Source: Octopus sinensis (taxonomy: Eukaryota). Taken from it: DNA of 64,000 nt. The notes beneath the pieces are model-generated. The model did no database searches. It worked only from the letters and a program-made list of their open reading frames with translations, and was not told the origin of the DNA. A program made the translations under genes and the position numbers. Of this stretch, positions 12,815 to 26,678 are shown piece by piece (position 1 is the first letter of the stretch; every line of letters begins with the position of its first letter). Where the stretch lies: NCBI RefSeq assembly GCF_006345805.1, contig NC_043010.1:4154001-4218000 (forward strand), in the 5' to 3' direction.

Positions 12815-13692
12815 ATGTATATGCATGTATATATGTGTGTGTATATGTATGCATATGCACACGTGTATATGTACACGTGTGCATGTGTACGTATGTCATT
12901 ATACCTGCTTTCCTCCTCTCTGATTCCTAACTATCACACTAACCTATACTATCACATACATCTATTTATAGAAATTTGACATCCTTCTATTCTTCTCTCC
13001 TCTTTAAACTTTACTACTAAAATTACTACTCACTTTGGTAACACCCCACTCATAACTTCACTCTACCCATCCCTTAATGCAGCTCTATCATATCACCCCT
13101 ACTCACACAGCTCACAGTTATTCACTCCTCCTCTTCTCATCTCTCCTCCTATCCCTCCCCCACTCCTCTCCCATCCTCTCCTCACATTATCTTGACCACC
13201 AGCTAACACTCCTTTTTTCACTTCTTTCACCCTTTCTTCACTGTTTTCTTTTCACTCTTTTCACTTTTTCTCTCTTTCTTCCTCTCATTTTCTTTTCCTA
13301 TTTTCATTTTGACCTATCTCCCCATTCTACACATACACATCTCTCCCCATCCCCTATCTGTCCACAAATACTACCAATACATTCTCAAATTTTCGTTCAC
13401 TCAACAAGACCCTTTCGAATGAGTAACACAGAATCCAGGGCTCTATAATTTGAAATGACTAAGCATGAACTACTATTGGAGCTTACACACCATGTACAGG
13501 AAACATTTTTACCACTTCTATACTCCGCTTTCCTCGATTAATGGAACTGCAACTACAATATCTTTATATATTTTATATTTTTATTTCTACTTTCATTCTC
13601 TTATTTCCCTGTATATTCCCTATCTCCCCTTTTTCTATAACAATTCCTTATTTTTAACTCAAATATTTACCTCTGTTTAACAATCTCACATC

Positions 13693-13741
13693 GTCTCTGA
13701 TGAAGAGATATCCATAATATCCCCCAAAACATCTGTAAGCC
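13693..13741 (+). ncRNA. Decayed hammerhead motif in a short element shared with 23758-23860
   Basis: gucu-CUGAUGA-agagauau(ccaua)auaucccc..AAAAC-aucu-GUA-agc; G12 is lost. The downstream ataaatg..cagccttagtttt is shared with the 23.8 kb copy. Confidence 0.5.
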
Positions 13742-13818
13742 TATATATCGTTTTCCTTATAAATGTCCTGAAAACTCCTCCCAGCCTTAGTTTTGTTATC
13801 TCATTTTGTCAAATATAT

Positions 13819-13970
<152 letters not shown>

Positions 13971-14405
13971 GTTTATTTCCATTAGGCAGCAAGGATATTT
14001 AAATTCAGTTTTATCTTCAGTAAATCTAAATTTTGCAACCTCTATATGTAAGTAGAAATAAAAGTTTGAAAAATCACTGAGTTATTTAAGAAATCGCTAT
14101 TAATATTCTGCTAAGATATTTCTAAGGGTTAACAAATATATTAGTTTTAAGTAGAACATGCTTAAATAGTTATGGAAGTTTATTGCAGGCTATCAGATTT
14201 AGAATATTCTGTTTAGTGTTATTTAATTCGAGCAAACATGGCAGACAGAATGGAAATAATGATTTGTTGAAAAAAGCAAAAAGGCAGCAGGAAGATGAAA
14301 AATATCTCACTGGTTGAATTTATACACACATGCGTATGTGTGAGTATGAGTGTGTATACATATAAATATATATGTGTGTATATATTTGTGTGTGTGTGCA
14401 TGTGC

Positions 14406-14445
<40 letters not shown>

Positions 14446-15147
14446 TATATATATATTTTTTATACATATATATATATATATATATATACAAAATCTTATT
14501 TTAACAATAAAAGTAGTAATAAAAATAGCTGCAGACTATCATTAGGTAAGTTATTTATAAGAATTCATGTGTTAACTTCTAGCTTCTAGTGTTAATAACT
14601 ATAATTTCTCTTAAAGGCATTAATAATGCATTTAACATCACATTTATTTTTAAGTTAACTGACAGTCAACACATATGATCTGTATGTATGTATGTGTTGC
14701 TCAAACTGTCTTCAAAATATCCATCATTTGAAGACTGAATATAGATTAGTTATTATAGGCTGCATTGATTGGATTATCAATGTCAGTTTTTCTGTTTCTA
14801 TTCACACTACATTTTGACTAGTAAAGTCTCTACCTATTTTCGGGTGCCATAGTTTTACCACTTATGCATGCTTACAGATGAATTTGAACTACAAAATTTT
14901 TTTTCATTTGTAATATATCGTCTTTTTGCACTTAACCGTTTGTCTAAAAGTATTGAGTTATTAATCATTTTGTAACAGAAGGATCTTGCCGACTGAATAA
15001 TTGAAATATTATACATCATCTTGAAGGTTCAAGCAGTATACAGTAAATATTTACAATATTGTTGTTAGTGGTGGTGATGGTGGTAGTGGTGTTTTGTCTG
15101 CAAGTCAGTCCTGATTGAGCAGATCTAGCATCAGAAGATGAAGATTC

Positions 15148-15282
15148 ATGGCTTAAAGGCAAGACTGTTGGATGCATGATCACTAGGTTGTAGGCTCAAT
15201 TCTTGGACTAAGTGGTATGTTGTGTCTTTGGACAAAGCACTTCATTTTACTTCAGTCCAGTCCATTCAGCTGAAAATGAGTT
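15148..15282 (+). mobile_element. Old tRNA-derived SINE remnant
   Basis: Degenerate A/B-box head followed by GTTGTGTCTTTGGACAAAGCACTT...CCAGTCCATTCAGCTG. Confidence 0.4.
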
Positions 15283-17025
15283 ATGTCTGCTTTAGAGTGG
15301 CACCTTGCAGACTTTTAGACTAAATTCTTGTGATTACAAAATCTCAGCAGCTCTTTATGGCTACAACACACTAGATGATGATAGTTATCAAAGGCATTCA
15401 TCTTGTCTTTTGTTTTTCAGGAATAATGTGCATTAGACCACATTTATTAAATGTGCCTGGCTCTTAGTTATTAAGCCCTATTGGAATCATATCTTTAAGA
15501 ATTTTTAAAGTTATCATGAGGAATTTTTTAAAATAACCATTTTTTTCAATTACTGGTGTAGGAAACACATTCTTACATAAAATCATAAAAGGAAAATTCA
15601 GTTCATATATAAATACTTTAGAAGAAGCAGTTCTGTATTTTTGAAGCCAGTTGACCTCAGAAAGATTGGTGTAAGAAAAGAAGTGTGGTTTGGGGGGAGA
15701 ATTGGTTATCATTTCAATTAGAATGAATGACCACATGAAAACCTCTTTAAGTAGCCTTACTAACCAACTTCAGTAGTACTTAGCTAGTTTTGGTTCCATT
15801 TGTACATGTAAAATGGGACTATCCATTGAGGGTTATAAGACTGGGGATGTTGTGACAATCATGTCTTCCGTGATTGTGTTTGAGATGTAAACAAAGTAAG
15901 ATTTCAAATGGGAATTAAAATCAGCTTATAGCTATATATCTAAATCAAGCTTATCTCTATCATACTACATTCAAGATTATTTGACCAATACAAAACTAGT
16001 TAGTAATCTGAGATTAAATATAGATTCATGTGAATTCTGCTATACTTTAATGCAATACATATTAAATAGTTTGTTTCACTAAAGCTAGTTGATTAACAAT
16101 TCCACTTCACATTTGAGTATTTGGTATCAAAATGAAGATATAACATAAAAAGTCTCCTGTAATGTTTACAAATATGTATACTTGTAAAAATATATCCAAC
16201 TCAAGTTCATAATCAAAACATCTGTATTAAAAGATAAAATAAAAACTATTCTAATATCAAATACCTTTTAATGATTTCATTATATTTGTTATTTTGGAAT
16301 AAACTATATTATATATACTTATATCAGTAATTTTTTTTCTTTTTCGATAGAATACATTTTTGTATTAAGAAGTTGTTTTGGAAGACACATAAAGTTCATT
16401 GGTTTGCTAAGATGACTGATGAGTCTGGTGAAAAAAACCTTATTAGTCCTGCTTGTTCTGGTATAAAATCCATCTCTTCATTGAATAGATTATACTATGA
16501 TGCCTCTAATTTAAATTCACTGAGTGACTCAGCTTCGTTTTTAGCCTCCTATTATTTCCATCTCAGTGATTCAAGAATTACTTTCTACCCAACAATGTGA
16601 TGCTGCATAAAAAAGTCTTGATTGTCAAATTTTACCAGCTGAGCATTCCATTGTAATGTCTTTTGCCAAATATATTTATATCTGTCATAAAACTAACATT
16701 AACACTGCGAAAATTATTATAATCTTTTAAATAACACTTGCCAGAATATAATATAGTTAAGTGGTTTTCTTTATTGTTCTTTAATAGGAAATATATGGCA
16801 AGATTTTGTATATTGAATAACCCTTATGTGACCCAACCGTTTCAGTGCATAAATAAGAATACCGCATCTGAACGGTATCAGAATGAATTTACTAAATCAA
16901 TAAAAATATTCACTTTCATGTAGCGCCTTCAGAGATAATGGATATGACCTCACTTATAAGAGGAATTTCATAGCAAAACTTGTAATTTTATATAGTTCTT
17001 TTTAAATAATGAGAAGTTATTATTA

Positions 17026-17084
<59 letters not shown>

Positions 17085-17960
17085 GTTATTATCATCTTTA
17101 TTTTCATTTTGTACCTGCTTCTCACTGAACAAGCATGGGTAAGATCAATTTGTAAGTTTGAATAATGTTTGCATAGGAGGCAAAATGCTTTTAATCAGGT
17201 AAGACTGTAGCTGAGAGAGTAGTTCTAACTTCAGGTAGAATGCAGTGCTTTGTTCATTTGGCATCCTAGCTATTCAAGTATAATGAGGATTAAAAAATAA
17301 AATTTAATGTTCTGGTGACTACTAAGAATTTGTTATAATTTATTTAAATATCTAAAAAAAAAAAACCCTTATCTCTAGAAAAATGATAGTTTGTCCATAT
17401 AGTCTTACAATTTGAAGAATAATTAGTATTGAAGTTAACAGTTATGGTGAAAATTTTGGTCAAGATATGCATGAAAAATGCGAGGAGCATATTGTTAGCA
17501 ATGTTGGTGTTTAACCGCAAGTCAGCCCTGGTCAAGCTTGCCTCTGATCAAAAGTTTTCCACTGTGTTTTTCTTGGCAAAACATACTTCCCACAACTTTA
17601 AACACTGTATCTTTCCTTTTTTTAAAAAAAATTTGATTGGGAGTGATTTGAGTTTTGGTTACCTTCTTGGTAGGTCAAGTCATTACATAAAGCTGCTCAC
17701 TCTGTAAGTAGTTTCATTAAAACCACAAGCTCACAAATAATATCACTTAGGTAACAGAAACTTTCTACAATTTCAGGTGAGTTATTTCAGCAGTTCACAG
17801 ACTTAATCCCACGTTTGTGCCTACTGTTTGTGCCTACCCCTGTGCATCTATCATATCTCTTAGTTTCATTGTAGTCTGTACAGTTGTGTGAGTAATGCTT
17901 GTAGTAGATATATATTACTAAGTTATAGTAATATTACTAAGTTATAGATATATATTACTA

Positions 17961-18185
17961 AAGGCGGCGAGCTGGCAGAAACGTTAGCACGCCGGGCGAA
18001 ATGCTTTGTGTTATTTCGTCCGCTGCTGCGTTCTGAGTTCAAATTCCGCCGAGGTCGACTTTGCCTTTCATCCTTTCGGGGTCGATAAATTAAGTACCAG
18101 TTACGCACTGGGGTCGATGTAATCGACTTAATCTGTTTGTCTGTCCTTGTTTGTCCCCTCTATGTTTAGCCCCTTGTGTGCAATA
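17961..18185 (+). mobile_element. SINE family B
   Basis: AAGGCGGCGAGCTGGCAGAA head, GAGTTCAAATTCC B-box; related copies at 33257, 33604 and 12430. Confidence 0.85.
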
Positions 18186-18916
18186 AAAAAAAAAATATAT
18201 ATATATATTACCAAGTTATTCCAACTTCTTTCTTAACCGCTAAGCAAGGCTTATGTTTAAATGACAATGCAATTTTGTGCTCTGTTATAAACTGTTACTT
18301 TGGTCTTTACCACATTGATCTTTAGGTCTGTTTCCCTAATAACATTTTCCTCATTTTTGACAATGCGTTGTGTTTTTTGTCAGATTTCTGTAATTTAAAC
18401 TATGTTATCAGTACAAAAAGGACTTTTATGTCAAGTGTTAAATAGTTTTCTTGGTCACATTCAGTGATCACGTATGCTACTGATTAGTGAAAGCTTTTTA
18501 ACCTTATGGTGTACAAAGCAGCTTGATTAGTGCTGGTAACCTGATAAATTGCACTCAGTACACTCTGTAAAGTGCAGAAAAACAAATAGAGACAACGTAT
18601 TGTTGAAGGAACACTTTAATCGTATTAAGGACAACAACCTAGAGTAGGTGCCATAATAAAATACACTCAGTACCCTCTGCAAAGTTGTTGCTGTTAGGAA
18701 AAGGTATTTAGTCATGGATATTGAGCCGAATATGAAACATAGTAGTGAAAATGGACTGAATAAGAACTGACAAAGAATTTAACAACCCATCAAACCCATA
18801 CTGGCATGGAAAGTGGATGTATGGTGATGATGACAGCTGCAACAGTGGTGCTGACAAAAGTGATGAGAACAACAAAGACAATGATGTTTAACAAATTTCC
18901 AAGAAATTACCTTTAA

Positions 18917-19138
18917 CCCTTTCATTACTGTATTTATTTTGAGATGCTCTGTGTTATGTTCAATTAATTTTAAATATAACAAAGAATTTAGTAAAATAAC
19001 TCAGTTATCATTAAGCTAGTGTTAGCAACATAAATTGTGACAATGGTTTGGTGGAAGATTTTAATTCAAAACTTATAAAAACAAGACATTTGTACCACCG
19101 AACCAGAGCCGGTTTCAGCCAGGTTGGTAATGAAAGGG
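18917..19138 (+). mobile_element. piggyBac-type MITE
   Basis: TTAA|CCCTTTCATTAC ... GTAATGAAAGGG|TTAA: perfect 12-bp TIR and TTAA target duplication. Confidence 0.85.
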
Positions 19139-19501
19139 TTAAGGCTTTATCAAATGTCTATTTACAGAAATGGAGAACAGGCCTTATATTTAACAGGCCT
19201 TATATTTAACAGTCTCAGATTTACAATCTGGGACATGAGAATAAAAAAAAAATTTCTGTGAAGTATAAAGGAATAATAATATGTGATAATTTTCTTAGTT
19301 TTTCAGTTCTGCTTTTTTATCATATTTGAAATGGATCTACTAAAATTGATGTTTACTGTAAATATAACTTAATTTTTCTGATACCAACCCATCTGAAACC
19401 ACCTCCGTTGGTTTGGGAAACAAACTTCCTGTTTGAAAGTGATCTAAAATAAAACCTTCATCAGAATTTTATGTTAATTAATGTTTCAAACACCAAATTA
19501 A

Positions 19502-19718
19502 CCCTTTTGTTACCATATTTCTGTTGAGATGCTCTGCGTTTCAATTATTTTAAATATGACAAAGAATTTAGTAAAATAACTTAGTTGTCATTCAGCTAGT
19601 GTCAGGAACATAAACTGTGACTAAGATTTGGTGGAGGATTTTAATTCAAAACTTATGAAAACAAGACATTTGTACTACAGAGCCAGAGCTGGTTTCAGCC
19701 AGGTTGATAACGAAAGGG
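19502..19718 (+). mobile_element. piggyBac-type MITE, same family, nested in an older relative
   Basis: TTAA|CCCTTTTGTTAC ... ATAACGAAAGGG|TTAA; the body aligns with 18917-19138. Confidence 0.85.
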
Positions 19719-19913
19719 TTAAGAATGACAAAGTTCTTAATTTTTTTCAAAATTGATTGACTGCAGGAACCAATAAGTGAGCAAGAAGCCCTATTAAATA
19801 TGTTTTAGAAGACTAGAAATTCAAATCCAAATGCTTTCAATAAGATGAATATTATAAAGGGAAATGGTCACACCCTGCCGTGCACACATGAATACCCAAA
19901 CACAAACATACAT

Positions 19914-20337
19914 AGGCGCAGGAGTGGCTGTGTGGTAAGTAGCTTGCTAACCAACCACATGGTTCTGGGTTCAGTCCCACTGCGTGGCATCTTGGGCAAG
20001 TGTCTTCTGCTATAGCCCCGGGCCGACCAATGCCTTCTGAGTGGATTTGGTAGACGGAAACTGAAAGAAGCCTGTCGTATATATGTATATATATATATAT
20101 GTATGTGTGTGTATATGTTTGTGTGTCTGTGTTTGTCCCCCTAGCTTTGCTTGACAACCGATGCTGGTTTGTTTATGTCCCCGTCACTTAGCAGTTCGGC
20201 AAAAGAGACCGATAGAATAAGTACTGGGCTTACAAAGAATAAGTCCCGGGGTCGATTTGCTCGACTAAAGGCGGTGCTCCAGCATGGCCACAGTCAAACG
20301 TCTGAAACAAGTAAAAGAGTAAAAGAGTAAAGAGTAA
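19914..20337 (+). mobile_element. SINE family A, young full-length copy
   Basis: Complete head, CCTTGGGCAAGT-like core, (TA/TG)n centre, (GTAAAAGA)n tail. Confidence 0.9.
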
Positions 20338-20722
20338 GATACATACATACGTATGTATATATGTATATATGTATGTACATACAAACAAACAATCATATCT
20401 CTGAGTCCAATGTATTTTCATTTTCGCCTCTAATATTTCCATAGATTTCTTTATAGTTCCTGTGTAGACGAGTAGATTATGGCCCATGAGATTTCTGAAT
20501 GACATGCTTAACAAAATTTACCTTGCGTTTCTTTGGTGGAGTTGTCTGCCTGGTGATGAGTTATGTCACATGCAGCCCAACTATCAAAAAAAAGTTGTCC
20601 ATGCCTACCCTAGAGATTTATTTCTCATCCATTTGATACCATAATACTAGGATTAGGCGGTAGGCTTCATTGAGTTCTTGTAGATGAGGTTTCAAATAAC
20701 TTCCTTACTGCTCAGGAGACGT

Positions 20723-20767
<45 letters not shown>

Positions 20768-20906
20768 CTGTGTGTGTGTGTATAGAGGGAGAGTGAGAGA
20801 GAGGGAATGAGATTGCTGTTGACTATGTAGTAATACTCAACCTACGCTTATATATGTATATACACACACACACATATACATATGTATTTATGCACGTATG
20901 TGTATG

Positions 20907-20946
<40 letters not shown>

Positions 20947-21310
20947 GGATGTGCAATGGCCCAGTGAATGCTGGGAGAAATATTTTCGTTTGAAAGAGAA
21001 AAGATTGATAGATAGATTGATAGAAGGCATCCAGTCCTTAGAACGTCATGCAGGGAAAGAAAGATGGTCACATAAAGAAAAGAAAGAGGGACGATGGTCA
21101 TGTGTGAACAACAGGAGAGAAAAGAGAAAGAAGGGGAGGAGAGAGAGACAGAAAGAAAATGGTGAAGGGGAGAAAGAGGGAATGAGAGAAGGATGGCAGA
21201 GAAAACAGCATAGAGTAGAGACGCATCAAAAAGGTTAAGATAAACTTTCTTGGAAATGGATGAATGGCATTCAATTAAGTAATAATATAAATAATATATA
21301 TGTATGTGTA

Positions 21311-21360
<50 letters not shown>

Positions 21361-21431
21361 ATAATATATATATATGTATGTATGTATATATGTATGTATG
21401 TATGTATGCATGTATGTATATATATATTTCA

Positions 21432-21635
21432 AAATGTGACCTCGTGTGTACCGTTGGCGATTTTTTCCTCTGTCTTCCCTTCTCTGGATCTTTCCTTCTC
21501 CTATGTTTCCGATGAAGAGCTCTGCTCGAAATGTTAAACCCTCCTTTCCTTCTTTCCTGAGTGTCCAATAATACTATATTTGTCCCATGTCCTCGCGTTG
21601 TTATGTTTTTTTGTGCTTTCTTGTTTGGATTAACT
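21432..21635 (+). mobile_element. Short Penelope-terminal-repeat-like element between (TA)n tracts
   Basis: Pyrimidine-rich ~200 bp carrying a hammerhead motif at 21505-21539. Confidence 0.55.
21505..21539 (+). ncRNA. Minimal hammerhead motif with CCGAUGA core
   Basis: guuu-CCGAUGA-a-gagc(ucu)gcuc-GAAA-U-GU-U-aaac. Confidence 0.65.
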
Positions 21636-21645
21636 ATATATATAT

Positions 21646-21794
21646 CATCATCATCATCATTTAGCGTCCGTTTTCCATGCTAGCATGGGTTGGACGGTTC
21701 AACTGGGGTCTGGGGAGCCCGAAGGCTGCACCAGGCCAGTCAGATCTGGCAGTGTTTCTACAGCTGGATGCCCTTCCTAACGCCAACCACTCCG

Positions 21795-21796
<2 letters not shown>
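21646..21796 (-). mobile_element. Retroposon family D 3' end with (TGA)n tail
   Basis: (CAT)n-TTAGCGTCCGTTTTCCATGCTAGCATGGGTTGGA; related copies at ~32090, ~41000 and 54746-54840. Confidence 0.7.
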
Positions 21797-22515
<719 letters not shown>

Positions 22516-23227
22516 TATTCTTTTCTAAGACATGATTCAAGTCCTATAATATGTCTCCTTTGGCCAAAATCTATTCTGGCTATCCCTTGTGTTACATCTC
22601 CCACATCACATCAGAAAATTGTGTCTCATCTATTAGCATTGCTTATACATATTTATTAAATCTGGCGATGTCTGTGTATTCTGAAAGCATGTTTTCTTTA
22701 CCTGGAGATTAAAATTTATTCAAAAGGGAGAAAGATCTTGTTACAGATTGTTTCTATGAAGGAAGAAACTTTATTCTATTCCTATAAAACATATAACAAT
22801 GTACTTACTTTTTCTATAACAAAATTTCACACTGAAGGATTATATAGATATTCTGTACGTACACATAACATTACACAAATTCTTGTTACTACTTTATACA
22901 TATATTCACAAGGCAAAAGACACTGTTATTAGCATTATTTTTTGTTTTCACTTTGAATATGCTATTTGGCAGCAGTTTTAAAAGAAATCTTTACATGCTT
23001 ATAACAAGCCAGTCTTGGAAACCATATTAGAATTTCAAAACTGGAACATGTTATTTCTAGCAGTGTGCTTTCTCTTGTGTACATACAGGTGTGTGTGTCT
23101 GTGTTTGTGTGTGTGCATGCGTATGTGCACACACACACGCACACACACAAAATACCTGTAAGTGACAGAGGATTCCATATCTATGTAGAATATATGTGTT
23201 TATCGAAGGGATGCAGATGCAATTTGC

Positions 23228-23272
23228 CACTGTGACTGACCAGTTTCATCATAACAGATAATCATCAGAGTG
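23228..23272 (-). ncRNA. Degenerate hammerhead motif
   Basis: cacu-CUGAUGA-uu-auc(uguuau)gau-GAAA-CUG(gu)CAG-U-C-ac-agug. Confidence 0.45.
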
Positions 23273-23757
23273 ATTCTTCACTGATGTGACACGAATTAGT
23301 GACTGAAAATTTGTACCTTCAAACCCCCGAATAAATATATATACATTTGTGTATGCGTATATATATATATATATATATATAGGTTATGAGAGGTGATGGT
23401 GTCAGTGAGACCCAAAGATGTCAGGTAATGCTGAATAAGTTTTCAAATTGAAAACAGGAAGCTGTTTCCGATTTGACCTTACTAATACATTCCCTACTTC
23501 TCGGTCACTTTAAATAAAACCCTTTGATTCAATAACACTGTGTATAAACTCTATACTTGGAATGACCAATTTTAAATACTATTGGATTTTACTCATAAGG
23601 TATTGGAATTTTACATGTATACCATTCTGCCTAAATAATGGATCTACAAATACAATATCCATGCATATCTCACATCTATTTTCTTTTATTTCCTCCACCT
23701 CACTCTCTATTTTATATCTTATCTAAATTAACTATTTCTGAACCATCCTCTCACACC

Positions 23758-23805
23758 GTCTCTGATGAAGGGATATAATAAATATCCTGGGAACAGCTGT
23801 GAGAC
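23758..23805 (+). ncRNA. Decayed hammerhead motif, same family as 13693
   Basis: gucu-CUGAUGA-agggauau(aauaa)auauccug-GGAA-C(agcu)GU-G-agac; palindromic ACAGCUGU stem III. Confidence 0.55.
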
Positions 23806-23881
23806 CTTCAATCTATAAATGTTCTAATATCTACTCAGCCTTAGTTTTTTTATCACATTACGGAAAAAATTATATATATAT

Positions 23882-24053
23882 AGGTGTAGGAGTGGCTGTG
23901 TGGTAAGTAGCTTGCTTACCAACCACATGGTTCCGGGTTCAGTCCCACTGCGTGACATCTTGGGCAAGTGTCTTCTGCTATAGCCTCGGGCCGACCAATA
24001 CCTTGTGAGTGGATTTGGTAGACAGAAACTGAAAGAAGCCCGTCGTATATATG

Positions 24054-24086
<33 letters not shown>

Positions 24087-24287
24087 ATGTTTGTGTGTCT
24101 GTGTTTGTCCCCCTAGCATTGCTTGACAACCAATGCTGGTGTGTTTACGTTCCCGTCACTTAGCAGTTCGGCAAAAGAATAAGTACTGAGCTTACAAAGA
24201 ATTAGTCCCGGGGTCGATTTGCTCGACTAAAGGCGGTGCTCCAGCATGGCCACAGTCAATTGACTGAAACAAGTAAAAGAGTAAAAG
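23882..24287 (+). mobile_element. SINE family A
   Basis: Full-length family A structure. Confidence 0.9.
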
Positions 24288-24292
24288 GGATA

Positions 24293-24325
<33 letters not shown>

Positions 24326-26644
24326 ATATTGTCAAGGAGTATATTCCTGATTTTGGTGTATATTTGGATTTGTTCAGATTGTTACCTATGTTTTCATGCC
24401 AACTATTGTATTTGTCAATATTGATGCTTCCTCAAATATGCTCCCAGCCATGAGGTGGCATCAATATTGCAAAGTGCAATATCTTTTTCTGACTGATGGA
24501 CGGGTAACTGATAATACATATATGATTGTGTTGTGTGTGTGTGTGTGTGTGTGTATACATATATACACTCATGCATATACACACATCCAATATACCAATA
24601 TACAATATTTACTACAAGCATATCCCATGTTTGTATTATACATTTGTTTGCGTTCAATTTAGCAAGTGATTTAAGTGACGATAAAGCTTTTAAATGCATA
24701 TTTCTTCACATTGTTAGTTATCTGTGTCATTTAAATTGCTTCCTTTAAAAACTTGACGTATTTATTGTCACTTCTTCAAAACATATATTACAATAGCCAC
24801 ATGCTTTTTGCCTCTTTCTTCATATTTAAAATATAATTGCTTCTGTTTTGTATGTTAAGTGTAACTGTCTGCATGCATTTATATGTGTATATATGCAGCT
24901 GCTACAAGTATGAGAATGTATGAGTACAGCTCTCTATAGTCGTATATAATATATATGTGGTTGTATGCATGTGTGGCATGTTTGTATGATGCTGTCTCCA
25001 TATGTATACATATGTACATATATATATGCATATATATATGTGCATATATACAGGGTGCTATTTTATATTTTTCATACATGTGCATCATTTGTTTGTGATT
25101 TTCTTGACTACACAGTATAGTAGGGTCAGTTGGGTACCAACTGTGAGAAAAACAACACCATGATGCAATTCACTCTGCTAGAAATTTGGAAACAAAAGCT
25201 CCATTATGAACATTTCAGAGTGTTTGGATGTCAATCTGAGGACATGTACTGAGAGTGATAAAAATCAAATATCCAGTCAGCATCATGATGTTTGGAGTCT
25301 GACTGAGCAGACCTACTACCAGTGACATTCCAGCCCATCATTTTTCAAATATAATATAGTTAGGACTGCTCTATATTATGCCATCAGCTTTTTTTTTTTA
25401 AGGCAGTAAAGTGTAATCTGTATAAGTTGTAGCTGTTATTACTAGCAGATTGTGTGATTACGTATAGCTGTGGTTCTTAGACTCTTTAAATTTGTGGTGC
25501 ACTGAAAATCAAATGATTTCTTATTTGTTGGACATGGGCTTGAAAGCAGAGGTGCTGGGGGTGCAAGCACGTCTAAAATTTTTGTCGGGCAATGAAAATG
25601 CTTTGAACATCTTCCTGAAAAACTTCAACAGATTTAGGCTTTCCACACACGAGGCAAATTTTGTTCCTGCACTTATTGGGGTACTTTGTTCAGAAAGTTG
25701 GAAAGAATAAGACAACATAAAAAAGAATGTAGAACAGGAAAAACAAAACTATATTTAAGCGTTAAAAATTGCCTATGTTTTAATGCTTAGCTTATGATTT
25801 GAGAGTAATATGGTTGCTATTTCTAACAGGTTGAGCTACCATGTAGAGTAGTGGTTCAATTAAAATAACTAACATGTTCATTATTAACCGTTTTATTTTT
25901 TTTATTGTTTAATCAAAATAGAAGGCTGTACTCATTACCCTATTTAATATGAAAAATTTTTAATGTTTCACACCAAATTATGTGACAGCTCATAACACAA
26001 GATAAGCCTCTGCCCTTCATCACTCATTTATCCATGTTTTCCATCATTCTTTATTCTAAGAGTGATCTCTTTTGCTTTTTGTATTACAAATTTTTGAGTT
26101 ATCAGTTGGATAAAAATATTTTGTGTAGATTATTTACAGTTTATCTGATTTTAGTGTCCGGAGTGATCTTCTAGTTTTCCTACTGCACAGCACCAGCCCT
26201 ACTCCCTAATAAGACTAAATGCTTTCCTCTATTCTTTGGGGTTATATCTGTTCATTCATTCCTTTTATTCCCACTTGATCTGATTGCAAGAAAGCCAGAA
26301 TGAGGGAATGATAGAAGTGAGCAAACAGAACAGTAAGCTAACTGCAAAACTCAGTTACATGATGGTTATTGGTAAGGAGATTTAATAGACACACACATAC
26401 TCTACACATGCTAACATAAAAGGATGATGATAGTATATGGTGCATGTTGAACATTTCATTGCTTATGTTTGTGTGTGTGTGTTTGTATCTGTGTAGAACT
26501 CTGTAAGTGAATAATACTTATTCTTAATGTAGATGTGTTAAAGTGTGAAACATACTCATGTCTTGTGCCAGCAGCACACACAAATGCACACTTATGCATA
26601 TGTATATATATCTACACACATGTGCATACACCTTCTTCTATACT

Positions 26645-26678
<34 letters not shown>

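Noticed and set aside
19852-20514. Recurrent ORFs such as DGLLSVSVYQIHS...TCPRCHAVGLNPEP
   Set aside because: Antisense translations of SINE family A, not a gene family.
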